DNA of 64,000 nt from an uncultured virus (IMG/VR IMGVR_UViG_3300042006_000071) (Duplodnaviria > Heunggongvirae > Uroviricota > Caudoviricetes): IMG/VR virus record IMGVR_UViG_3300042006_000071. One strand, 5' to 3'. A model generated the notes under the pieces. The model worked only from the letters and a program-made list of their open reading frames with translations, was not told the DNA's origin and ran no database searches. Below are positions 17,665-26,569 of this stretch, in pieces; position 1 is the first letter of the stretch, and the number at the start of each line of letters is the position of its first letter. The position numbers and the translations under genes were made by a program.

Positions 17665-18510
17665 ATGACTAAATCAGCACCGCACCCGCGCATGACCTTC
17701 CTGACCGCCAGCGACAACGAAGTCCACATCGACGTGGAGAAGGTCAGCACCATCACCATGAGTCGCGCCGACGAGCAGCATTGCCTGATCGCCGTGATGT
17801 ACAAGAACGGCCAGGGCGAGCGCAATTTCCGCCTGAAGTCCGAGGCTGCGCAGGAAATGCAGCAGTGGCTCAACGCGCACAACGCCACCTTGCAGGCCGA
17901 CCACACCAGCGGCATCAGCGTGTGGATCGCCAAGGCCCAGGAGTCGCTGAACACCGGGGGCATGATCGACGCATTGATCGGCGGGCGCAGTGCTGGCGAC
18001 ACGGAGATCGAGCACCGCATGATGCAGTTGTTCGCCACGGCCCGCGACGTGCGCTTCAGCGACGAGTTCATTACGGACTTCGTGCCGGTGCTGCGCCTGA
18101 TGATCGCGGCCATCGCACGCGGCGTCGTGATCGAAGAACTGAAGCGCTTCGATGCGAGCAAGCGCAAGCTGGTCGAAGAGGCGCTGGGTGCGCTGCGCGA
18201 CATGAAGGAAGACAAGACGCAGGGATTCGCGCTGCACGAGAAGGGCAAGGAGCCGCGCACCTTCACGCTCGACCCGGCCCGTCATCCTGACGGCCTCAAC
18301 GACCCCCACAGCATCGCCGTGGCCGCAGCGCGCGAAGCCCTGATCGCCGTCGTGACGGGGGAGAACCCGATCCGCCACGCGCTGCAACAGATGCGCGGAA
18401 AGTACGACAGCGCCACCGACCCGGAAGAGTGCGACCAGTGGGAGCACGAAATCGCGGCCTGGAATAACACGGTGGCGCAAGCCGCCGCTGCACTCGCGGT
18501 GCTGAAATGA
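17665..18510 (+). CDS. hypothetical protein
   Basis: AAGGAG RBS; 281 aa. Confidence 0.85.
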   Translation: MTKSAPHPRMTFLTASDNEVHIDVEKVSTITMSRADEQHCLIAVMYKNGQGERNFRLKSEAAQEMQQWLNAHNATLQADHTSGISVWIAKAQESLNTGGMIDALIGGRSAGDTEIEHRMMQLFATARDVRFSDEFITDFVPVLRLMIAAIARGVVIEELKRFDASKRKLVEEALGALRDMKEDKTQGFALHEKGKEPRTFTLDPARHPDGLNDPHSIAVAAAREALIAVVTGENPIRHALQQMRGKYDSATDPEECDQWEHEIAAWNNTVAQAAAALAVLK

Positions 18511-18950
18511 GCGCCCAGGTCACACACCTGAACTACCGGCACGCCGAGAACATGGCCCACAGCCGCGAGCACGCCGAGTGGCTGACCCGCATGGCCGCAC
18601 GTGCCATCGGCATCGACGTGACGAACGCTCAGTGGAGCTACCCGCACGGCGGCTTGCTACTGGTCGGCGCGACCGGCGTGCGCGAGGCGGGTGAACGCAA
18701 GCTGTTCTGCCCGCTGAACGACATGGGCGACGCCTTCGAGGTGCAGACGAAGTTGCGCATGAATGCGCACTATCGCTACATCAGCGCCGACCGTCACGCG
18801 ATCTACATGAGCCTCGCGCACGACAAGTCGAAGGTCGATCTGTGGGCCATGATTAACGACGGTGACGATGTGTTCCGCGTTCGCATGAACGCGGTCACGC
18901 AGTTGGCCGCTCTGCGCCAAGTGGAGATCGACAATGAATTGGGACGATGA
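18507..18950 (+). CDS. hypothetical protein
   Basis: ATGA coupling; PLNDMGDAF motif. Confidence 0.8.
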   Translation: MSAQVTHLNYRHAENMAHSREHAEWLTRMAARAIGIDVTNAQWSYPHGGLLLVGATGVREAGERKLFCPLNDMGDAFEVQTKLRMNAHYRYISADRHAIYMSLAHDKSKVDLWAMINDGDDVFRVRMNAVTQLAALRQVEIDNELGR

Positions 18951-19242
18951 ACTGCTCGATCAGCAGCCGGACGAAGAACGACGACGCCACCAGAAGCTCG
19001 GGAGGAAGGCCAATATGCCGCGCGAAGAAGTGCTGAAGGTCGAGAAGGGCGCGTCCTGCTACAAGGGGGTCGTGACCGCAGTGAAGGTGGCCGGTGTCGA
19101 GGTCATCATCATGGCCCGCAACAGCAGCGAGTTGATGATCGCCCACCAGAAGATCACCAACTTCGCTGACTACCGCCTGGGACTCGTCCACAAGGCGGGC
19201 ATCATGCCAGCGTCGGCGATCACGTTGGACGACGAGTTGTAA
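18934..19242 (+). CDS. hypothetical protein ending -DDEL
   Basis: GGAG RBS; last rightward gene before convergent terminator. Confidence 0.75.
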   Translation: MNWDDELLDQQPDEERRRHQKLGRKANMPREEVLKVEKGASCYKGVVTAVKVAGVEVIIMARNSSELMIAHQKITNFADYRLGLVHKAGIMPASAITLDDEL

Positions 19243-19270
19243 AAAAAAAGGCCGGGCGCAATGCCCGGCC
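19241..19270 (-). terminator. intrinsic terminator of the late/lysis operon
   Basis: GGCCGGGC/GCCCGGCC stem with 9-nt U-tract on - strand, at the convergence point. Confidence 0.85.
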
Positions 19271-19312
19271 AAAGCCCTGAACTCCCTTGCGGAAATCCGC
19301 GAGGGGATTCTA

Positions 19313-19600
19313 CTACGGGGCCGGGGTGGGAATCAAATCTGCCTTGTCCTTGTTCTCTTCCGCCGCCTTCCATTCCGCAAGCTCCACGTTGGCCGAGGCC
19401 AGCGCTTTCGCCACGGATGCGTTGATCGCCTGCGCATCGGTTGCCGACATGACCGAACCCGCGAACAGCGTCACGGTGTCGGTCTGCACGCCGGTCACGA
19501 CCTGGGCGGGCAGCGGTGCCACGAAGCCGGTCAGCGTCGCCGTGGTCTGTAGCTGTCGCGTCGCTTCGTCGTAGGTGGTGTTGATAGCTACGGTCTTCAT
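19313..19600 (-). CDS. hypothetical protein
   Basis: ATGA coupling to o-spanin; AAGGA RBS. Confidence 0.75.
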   Translation of the reverse strand: MKTVAINTTYDEATRQLQTTATLTGFVAPLPAQVVTGVQTDTVTLFAGSVMSATDAQAINASVAKALASANVELAEWKAAEENKDKADLIPTPAP

Positions 19601-19845
19601 TTCTTGTCCTTCGCCTTTCCCCAGCCGCAGTTCTTTGCGCCGGTCAGATTGTGTTCCAAAATTGCGCGGGCCGTGTCGTCGGAGATCACGTCGTTCTTGC
19701 TGATGTAGATCGGCTTCGCCGTCATACAGTATGACGAATCAACGACCTCGGGTTTCTCCGTCGTCAGCATCCCGCACCCAGTCGCGGCGAAGCTCGTCAG
19801 CAGCGCCGCCAGTAGGTAATGCGTCCACTTCCATTTGCGCATCAT
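19597..19845 (-). CDS. o-spanin (Rz1-like lipoprotein)
   Basis: Basic N-terminus, hydrophobic signal, lipobox ATGC; overlaps i-spanin out of frame. Confidence 0.8.
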   Translation of the reverse strand: MMRKWKWTHYLLAALLTSFAATGCGMLTTEKPEVVDSSYCMTAKPIYISKNDVISDDTARAILEHNLTGAKNCGWGKAKDKK

Positions 19846-20014
19846 GTGCTCCCTTGGCAGCAGCGACTTCGCGCCGCGCCTTCTCGTACTTGTATTTCTG
19901 TTCGGTCGAACGGCGAGCCGCCCGACCACCCATTGCGTAAGCGCCGACCAGCACAAACAGCACGGCCAATGCTGTGAGCGCCCAGGCTTGCAGCCGCGTG
20001 GTCAGGCCAAGCAT
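19739..20014 (-). CDS. i-spanin (Rz-like)
   Basis: Single N-terminal TM helix plus helical periplasmic part, directly after endolysin. Confidence 0.75.
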   Translation of the reverse strand: MLGLTTRLQAWALTALAVLFVLVGAYAMGGRAARRSTEQKYKYEKARREVAAAKGAHDAQMEVDALPTGGAADELRRDWVRDADDGETRGR

Positions 20015-20709
20015 CACGCCACCACGCCGGTCTGGTGCTTCTTCACCTGCGAATAAGCGATGAAGACGGCGAGGCCGATCATGCCGACGCCGATTGCCAG
20101 CCGCACCCAGGAGCCGCTGTTCAGGTGCTCCTGCTGGCTGTCCACGGCCACCATGACTTGCGGTGCCACGTCGGCGATCTGCGCCACGCCGAGGGTCGCA
20201 CTGCCGGTCGCGCCGACAGTCTCCTTCGTCACCGGCACTGCTGCGACTACCGCCGCCTTCTTCACCACGCCTGCGCGTTGCAGTGCGGTGTCCACGGTGG
20301 CGCGGTCGTACCACGTGTTCGGCGTGGCTTTCGGGCCGCGACCGTTCTCGTGCCGGATGATCGCTTCAACCATTGGGCAGAGGTAGTCGTAGTCGTGCAT
20401 GTTGAGGATTTCGTCAGGCATGAACTTCGTCTGACGGCATACGGTCTGGATGTAGGCCAGGGTGTCGTTCTCGTTCGATGGTGCCCACCGGCTGATGATG
20501 TCGCGCACGGTGCAGAGGTGATGCTTGTCCTGATAGGTAATCAGGGTGACGGCCATCGCTCGGATGCCCCAGGTGGGGTCGATGAAAGTGGCGAAGCGAG
20601 ATTCGTTGGTCAGGTTGGACTTGTCCAAGCCCTGCCAGTTGTTAGCCCCCTTGTCGATGTTGCCGGGGTTGTGGTTGCGGATACCGCGCGGGAGTTCAGT
20701 CTTGCTCAT
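20014..20709 (-). CDS. endolysin (RGIRNxNPGNI lysozyme-like family) with C-terminal hydrophobic segment
   Basis: RGIRNHNPGNI, RWAPSNEND, IIRHENG motifs; position in lysis cassette. Confidence 0.8.
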   Translation of the reverse strand: MSKTELPRGIRNHNPGNIDKGANNWQGLDKSNLTNESRFATFIDPTWGIRAMAVTLITYQDKHHLCTVRDIISRWAPSNENDTLAYIQTVCRQTKFMPDEILNMHDYDYLCPMVEAIIRHENGRGPKATPNTWYDRATVDTALQRAGVVKKAAVVAAVPVTKETVGATGSATLGVAQIADVAPQVMVAVDSQQEHLNSGSWVRLAIGVGMIGLAVFIAYSQVKKHQTGVVA

Positions 20710-21146
20710 TGCTGCTTCCTCCATTCATTGAGTTGCTGTTGAGTGGCAGGAGCGCCGCGAGCAATCGGAGCGCCGGGATAAAGGCGATACAGCAAGTCCT
20801 TGATCTCGGCGATGTCGCTCCGCATTTCTGCGCGCAGTGCTCCTTCGCGTTGTGCCTGTTCGGTGCGCAAGTTCGTGACCGAGGCTTCAACCTTGTCGAA
20901 ACGCTGGTTGATCTTTGCGATCTCGAACTCGCTGGCAAGCTGTCGCTTGTCCAGGCCGTAGTAGAGGGTGATGCCCGTGGCTGATACTGCGATTATGGAT
21001 GCGAGCACGGACAGGATGGTCGGTATGTTGATACTGAGATCGACGCGCATTAGTGGACGCCTCCGATCCAGACCGACAACCATGCCATCTTGACCGCTGC
21101 GCTGCTCGCTCGCGCTGTGGTCTGGTGGGACATTGGGTTGATCCAT
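20706..21146 (-). CDS. putative holin/lysis protein (one TM helix + coiled coil)
   Basis: Hydrophobic helix followed by heptads; upstream of endolysin. Confidence 0.55.
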   Translation of the reverse strand: MDQPNVPPDHSASEQRSGQDGMVVGLDRRRPLMRVDLSINIPTILSVLASIIAVSATGITLYYGLDKRQLASEFEIAKINQRFDKVEASVTNLRTEQAQREGALRAEMRSDIAEIKDLLYRLYPGAPIARGAPATQQQLNEWRKQQ

Positions 21147-21185
21147 ATATGAATTCCCCTATGAAGGGTACAGGTTGATAAAGGT

Positions 21186-21214
21186 GAAGCCGAGGGGATT
21201 ATACCCCCGGCTTC
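21186..21214 (-). terminator. hairpin between tail-fibre and lysis genes
   Basis: GAAGCCG(A)GGGG-attata-CCCCCGGCTTC. Confidence 0.5.
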
Positions 21215-21223
21215 TACCCCACC

Positions 21224-23296
21224 TTACGATATGGAAACGGTGATGATCGCCCTGCGGCGGTCGGCCCTTGCGGGAATGCGGAGCATCGTCACGTCCCGCA
21301 GAATGACAAGCTGGCCCAGTGCGAATGCATCTACAGGGCTAGTCGGTGCCAGCGGGTCGGGGAACGATGGGTCTGCGACGACCGGAACGGCCCCTACAAG
21401 CCGCGCTTCGAGCACGGAGGTAGGTTGTGTAGGGTCAGGGAACGAATCGTCCGTTACGACCGGCGTTTGGCCCGCCGACATAACCACGCCGTCCGAGGCC
21501 GGGATGGTCGGGTCGGGCAGCACGTCGTCGAGCACCAGGGGCACGTTCAGCGAGGTCACGACCGCATCCGACAGCGGCACCCCAGGATCGGGCCAGCCAT
21601 CGTCCGGCAGCAACACCGGGGAAGTCACCGACAGCGCGGTCACGTCCGCGAAGGCTTGCAGCGGATCGCCGAAGGTATCCTCCACGGCCAACTGCTGCGT
21701 CACGCTGAACACGTCGGCGTTCGTGTAGCCCTTATCCTTGTCAGGGAACACATCGGTCACGACCGGGCGCTGCGCCATGCTATAGATGAAGATAGATTCC
21801 TTCACGTAGGTGTGCGGCGATTCGGTCACGCGGAACTGCGCGGCCTGCTGCCAATACTGCTTCACCTGCGCGCCGGTTTCCGGCCCCATCACGTCGCCGG
21901 GCGGCGGGTAGTCCATGTGCTGCGCGTACTGCACGCGAAGCGTCTGCACGTAGATGTAGCTGTGCAGAATGCCGCCAGTCTCGCGCAACTGCGCCACCAA
22001 CTGCTGATTCGTGATGGCCTTCCAGTCGCTCGTCGCGTTCGGCGGCAGCGTCTCGCGGTGTTGCGCCACCTGCTGCATGTAGGTCTGTGCGTCCTCCCCG
22101 GTGTACGGCAGTTCGCTCGGCACGCGCACCTGGGCCACCTGCTGCACGTAGGTCGCCACGATGTCGGAGCCGAAGGCGTCAGCCGGATCAGGCACCGCGC
22201 CGCGATCCTGGGCCACCTGCTGCTGGAAGGCAGGCACGTCCGTCATGGAGTGGAGGATGCCATCGGTCGCGCGCACCTGGGCCACGAGGCCGCTGAACGT
22301 GTACACGGTAATGTCCGACCAGATGATGCCCGGCGTGACGCGATGTTGGCCCACCTGCTGTTGCAGCGTGTAGTCGATGATCTCGGAGCGCGGCGTCGGC
22401 ATCGCATCGCGCGCCTGGGCCACCTGCTGCACTTCCGTCGCAACGTCAGTCGGCGCGCTGAAGGTGACGACGCGGGCGCGGGCCACCAACTGCACCAGCG
22501 TTGCCACGCGAAGCTCGTAGGCCACGCGCCGCGTGCGCGCCACCAACTGCACCAGCGTTGCCACGTTGATCGACGACCGGATGTCCGGTGCCGCCGTGAC
22601 CGCGCGATCCTGGGCCACCTGCTGCCGCAACGTGAAGGTGAAGTTTGCGCTGACCGGGTTGTACGGGATCGAGCGCGAGCGACCCACCAACTGCCGCAGT
22701 GAGCCGACACGGAACTCCGACGCCACCTCTGCCGGTGGACGACGCGCCACGCGCAACGCGGCCTGCTCGGTGAACGTCTTAACCTCCGTCATGGAGATCG
22801 GCTTGACGCGCACGTTGCGCTGACCGACAAGCTGGCGATACACCGGCACCGTCGTCCATGACCACATATCGGGCGCAGGAATGGTGGCCTTGTGCTGCGC
22901 CACCTCCTGCATGTAGTTCCGTGTCGTGTACGGCACGCTCGTCAACTCGTCAGCGCCGACTTGAACCAGCACCTCTTTGGTCGTCGTCAGGAACTTGTAG
23001 GAAGAGTCGCGCCCGATGATCTCCTTCGTCGTCCAGATGAATGCAGGCTTGAGGTTCTGGCCGACACGATCACCTGCGACGACCTCCTTGAAGGTGACGG
23101 CTGCGCGGGCAAGACTGCCGACCTGATAGCCCGACACGACCTCCTTGAAGGCGTTGGGCATACCGGCAGGGCCAGCGTAGCCGTAGCCGTTGCCGACTAC
23201 GACTTCCTTGAGCGTGAGGGCGTCCCACCACATCACGCCAGTGTGATCGCCGGTCAGCGCCTCCTTCGTTGTGACATCAAAGCGAATGTCGGTCAC
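21224..23296 (-). CDS. repeat-rich virion/tail-fibre-associated protein
   Basis: TxKEVV, TxxQQVAQxR and DxxFPDP repeat blocks; last gene of the tail cluster. Confidence 0.75.
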   Translation of the reverse strand: MTDIRFDVTTKEALTGDHTGVMWWDALTLKEVVVGNGYGYAGPAGMPNAFKEVVSGYQVGSLARAAVTFKEVVAGDRVGQNLKPAFIWTTKEIIGRDSSYKFLTTTKEVLVQVGADELTSVPYTTRNYMQEVAQHKATIPAPDMWSWTTVPVYRQLVGQRNVRVKPISMTEVKTFTEQAALRVARRPPAEVASEFRVGSLRQLVGRSRSIPYNPVSANFTFTLRQQVAQDRAVTAAPDIRSSINVATLVQLVARTRRVAYELRVATLVQLVARARVVTFSAPTDVATEVQQVAQARDAMPTPRSEIIDYTLQQQVGQHRVTPGIIWSDITVYTFSGLVAQVRATDGILHSMTDVPAFQQQVAQDRGAVPDPADAFGSDIVATYVQQVAQVRVPSELPYTGEDAQTYMQQVAQHRETLPPNATSDWKAITNQQLVAQLRETGGILHSYIYVQTLRVQYAQHMDYPPPGDVMGPETGAQVKQYWQQAAQFRVTESPHTYVKESIFIYSMAQRPVVTDVFPDKDKGYTNADVFSVTQQLAVEDTFGDPLQAFADVTALSVTSPVLLPDDGWPDPGVPLSDAVVTSLNVPLVLDDVLPDPTIPASDGVVMSAGQTPVVTDDSFPDPTQPTSVLEARLVGAVPVVADPSFPDPLAPTSPVDAFALGQLVILRDVTMLRIPARADRRRAIITVSIS

Positions 23297-23304
23297 GTGT
23301 CACC

Positions 23305-25527
23305 TTACGAGGTCAGGCGCACGCCGAAGTCTGCATCGCCAGCTTCCGCTGTCGTCCACGTCGTTCCGCTTTGCGGGTTGAACACTGCGGAGCCGAAGGC
23401 CATGTTGTAGCCTGCCAGCGGATACAGCGAAGTGTCCTTGCCCACGTCGGTGAAGCGCAGCAGCGTGCCGCCGTCGCCGCCGACAAGGAAGTCGCCGTTA
23501 GGCAGGCACAGGCCGCAGCGCAAGTGTTGCGTCGTGATGCGCGGCAGTTGACGCCAGTTGATGCCGTCGCTCGACATAACCAGTGCGCCGTTGTCGCCGC
23601 CAAAGATAGACTGGCCGTTCGCAACGTTCGACGCGCCGAAGCGAAGTTGCGAGTCAGCGCCACCCTGGCTGTTACCGATTGGCGTGGCGGCAGTCCACGA
23701 CACTGCGTCAGTCGAGCGACGGATGCGAGGCCCGCCGTTCAACGCCGCTGCGTTCGACGTTGCGCCGATCAGCCATGCGGTGCCGTCCCAGGTGACAGCG
23801 GTGTAGGTCTGCCCCACGTCGCCGTGGGCGCGGCCCGTATAGCTGGCACCAGTAGCCACAGTGCTAGCCCACACGTTGTCCGACTGGGAGCCAAGCAAGC
23901 CGAGAGTCATGGACTTGTCTGGCTTCTGGTAGAAGTAGGCACCAGTGCTAGTGCCTGGGGCCGGTGTGGTGAACAGCGAGCCGAATGCGCTCCACGATGC
24001 ATTCTGCGGTGCGGCTCCGTTCGCGGTGGCACCCGCCAAGCTGTAGCCGCCACCGGATGCACCACTGCCAGCGAGATAGAAGCCGCGCAGGGTTGAGCCG
24101 TCCGGTGCCATGATGAACGCGCCAGGGCCAGGGGAACCGAAGGTGGCAGTGCCGATGCTCCAACCACCGGCAGAGGTGTGGAAGTACAACTTGGCATTGC
24201 CGCTGCCAGTCCAACCGCCCAGGAGCAGAGCGCCGTCCGAACGAGGCCAGATCGCATTGATGTTGAACGTCGCTGCGGTTTGAGACACGACGCTCCACGT
24301 GGAAGTGTCGGCGTTCGGGCCTGAGATCGCGCACATTTCGCCATCACCGGCGATGACCACTGCGTTATCGGTCGGGCGCAGAGCCATGCACTTGATATTG
24401 CGAACGGTCGGCGATGTCAGTTGCACCAGTTCGCGCGGGCGATTGTCTGCGCCTTCACCGCCACCCGCGTGCGACTTCACATACGGGCGAATCTTGTGAA
24501 TGTCCGGCTCCAAGTTCGCGGCCAGGGATTTCGACGCGACGGCGTGGATCAGCCCCATCGTGTTGATGGATGCTTTGATTGCGGCGTCCGTGTTCGTGTA
24601 GGTGTCGAAGTCGCCGACTGTCGTGGATTGCAGTTGATACGGCGGCGAGTCAACGAGGTCTTGCGAGGCCACGGCGGCGTTGCTCGCAGCAGCGGACGGC
24701 TTGATGAAGCGCACGTCGATGTCGGTGTCGGGACGCTGCGCGATGATGCGCGTGGTCGGGCCGAGGCGCACGGTCGGCGCGACGCCATCGTTGATGATGT
24801 AGTACATATTGCCGATGGCCCAGCGCCCGGCGTTGCCGACGATCTGCGTGCCGCCTGCACCCGCGTTCAGGTTGTTCTCGAAGCAGAACGCGATAGTCTC
24901 GGGCATCAGCGACACGACCTTCTGCATCACGAACACGTCGTCGATCCACACGGAGCACTCGCCCGCGCTGATGCGAACCTCCAAGTAGTTCACCGCGCCT
25001 ACCGTCAGCTTCTTCGACGACTGTGCCGCGTCAGTCCCCCAGCGCAGCGACAGATCGTTGCAGACGCGGAAGCACTCTTTGGCCGAGGCCACGGTGATAC
25101 CCTGCTGATACCAATTGCCGTCACTCTGCAACGCTGCGTTCACGCGCAGCACGGCCACGGTGCTGCTGTTCGAGTTCGGCACGTACTCAGGCGGCACGTA
25201 CACGCTGAAGCCGACGATGACTTGCTTCTCGGTGACGGGCAGCTTCTTGCGGAAGGCCGCACTGTACTGGTTGGCGACGCCCGGCGTCACGTCCGACGAG
25301 TGAACCAGGGCCGCGCGTTCCGGGTAGATCGGATCGTTGCGGATGATGAAGCCGCCGCTGGTGTCCTTGCTGTTATTCGCCGACACGGCAACGCCGTAGC
25401 CAGAACGAATGAGCGCGAGGCGGTTGTTCTCGCGGACGACGTTGCCCTGGCCTGCGCTGGCGTCCCAGGCGTCACTGACCGCGCTCTTGCCGAACGCGCC
25501 GAAGGATTCGGTATAAACGAGAGACAT
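23305..25527 (-). CDS. tail-fibre subunit paralog with propeller-like insertion
   Basis: Same scaffold as three neighbours (RLGP, W...FGV C-terminus); SxDxxxW repeats. Confidence 0.75.
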   Translation of the reverse strand: MSLVYTESFGAFGKSAVSDAWDASAGQGNVVRENNRLALIRSGYGVAVSANNSKDTSGGFIIRNDPIYPERAALVHSSDVTPGVANQYSAAFRKKLPVTEKQVIVGFSVYVPPEYVPNSNSSTVAVLRVNAALQSDGNWYQQGITVASAKECFRVCNDLSLRWGTDAAQSSKKLTVGAVNYLEVRISAGECSVWIDDVFVMQKVVSLMPETIAFCFENNLNAGAGGTQIVGNAGRWAIGNMYYIINDGVAPTVRLGPTTRIIAQRPDTDIDVRFIKPSAAASNAAVASQDLVDSPPYQLQSTTVGDFDTYTNTDAAIKASINTMGLIHAVASKSLAANLEPDIHKIRPYVKSHAGGGEGADNRPRELVQLTSPTVRNIKCMALRPTDNAVVIAGDGEMCAISGPNADTSTWSVVSQTAATFNINAIWPRSDGALLLGGWTGSGNAKLYFHTSAGGWSIGTATFGSPGPGAFIMAPDGSTLRGFYLAGSGASGGGYSLAGATANGAAPQNASWSAFGSLFTTPAPGTSTGAYFYQKPDKSMTLGLLGSQSDNVWASTVATGASYTGRAHGDVGQTYTAVTWDGTAWLIGATSNAAALNGGPRIRRSTDAVSWTAATPIGNSQGGADSQLRFGASNVANGQSIFGGDNGALVMSSDGINWRQLPRITTQHLRCGLCLPNGDFLVGGDGGTLLRFTDVGKDTSLYPLAGYNMAFGSAVFNPQSGTTWTTAEAGDADFGVRLTS

Positions 25528-25536
25528 GCTTTCTCC

Positions 25537-26553
25537 TTAACGAGCGACCATGCCGAAGTTCGACGACTCGACGCGGTTCTGGTTCCAAGGCACCGCGCCC
25601 GGCGCTTGCTCGTACAGTGCGGTCTTGTAGGCGTAGCTGGTTGCCAGCGGCACCTGCGTTTCGGTTTCACCGGCAGTCGTCTTGACCAGCATGCCGAGGG
25701 AGCGGTTGTCGAGGTCGCCCTTGCGAGCGTAGCCGACCACTTGCACTGCGAAGATCACGTTGTCGTTCGGGAGCACGGTGTTGGACGAGAAGCGGTCGGT
25801 CTTGCCCGCGACGTTCGCTTGCAGGTACGGCGCGTTGGCCGCGTTCGGCGACAACTGCGCAGCAATGGATGCGTGCGTACCGGCGCTGCCTTGTGGCGTC
25901 CACTCGGCGGTCACGTCGGCACTCGGCGCGCGGGTGATGATCTGCATTGGGCCAGGACGAGTGTTCTGCACGCCGCCCGACGAATCGCAGATGTAGAAGT
26001 CGTCGATCTCCACCGTGGCCGCGTTCGCGTTCGCGCCGGACAAGCCCCACTGGATCACGTGGTTGTTCGTCACCGCGCCGCCCGGAAGATCGGCTTCCAG
26101 TTGCAGCGTGTCGTTGGCCCACACGCGCACCTTCGCCGCGATCTTGTCGATCTCCACCTCCATGAACCAGAAGGCGTTCAGGATAATCACGTCCTGACCC
26201 TGCACGCTGCCGATGAACGCCTTGCCGGTATTGGTGTCCCAGCCGATGTCCACCACGCCGTTCAAGCGGGCAAAGCGCACGCGGGAGCCAGTGCCTTTGT
26301 GCGACCAGCCGAACCAGATGTTGTCGGCGGTCGTGGTGTGGGCATAGCTGATGTTCGGCGGCGTGCTCGAACCGGCGTCGATGGTCAGCTTCACGCCCAG
26401 GGAGTTCGCATCCTGGCCGTCCACGATGTTCAATTTGTTCAGCGCCGCATTGCCAACCGTGTACCCTGCCGCCGTGAGGTAGGTTGCGATGTTCGATGCA
26501 CTCTCGGTCTTCGCCGCGTAGTGCTCGAAGCCGTCGATAAATTTCATAGCCAT
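25537..26553 (-). CDS. tail-fibre subunit paralog
   Basis: FIDGFEHY N-terminus; IDDFY...RPGP; W...FGM C-terminus. Confidence 0.75.
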   Translation of the reverse strand: MAMKFIDGFEHYAAKTESASNIATYLTAAGYTVGNAALNKLNIVDGQDANSLGVKLTIDAGSSTPPNISYAHTTTADNIWFGWSHKGTGSRVRFARLNGVVDIGWDTNTGKAFIGSVQGQDVIILNAFWFMEVEIDKIAAKVRVWANDTLQLEADLPGGAVTNNHVIQWGLSGANANAATVEIDDFYICDSSGGVQNTRPGPMQIITRAPSADVTAEWTPQGSAGTHASIAAQLSPNAANAPYLQANVAGKTDRFSSNTVLPNDNVIFAVQVVGYARKGDLDNRSLGMLVKTTAGETETQVPLATSYAYKTALYEQAPGAVPWNQNRVESSNFGMVAR

Positions 26554-26569
26554 TGTGAAGTCCTTTCAG

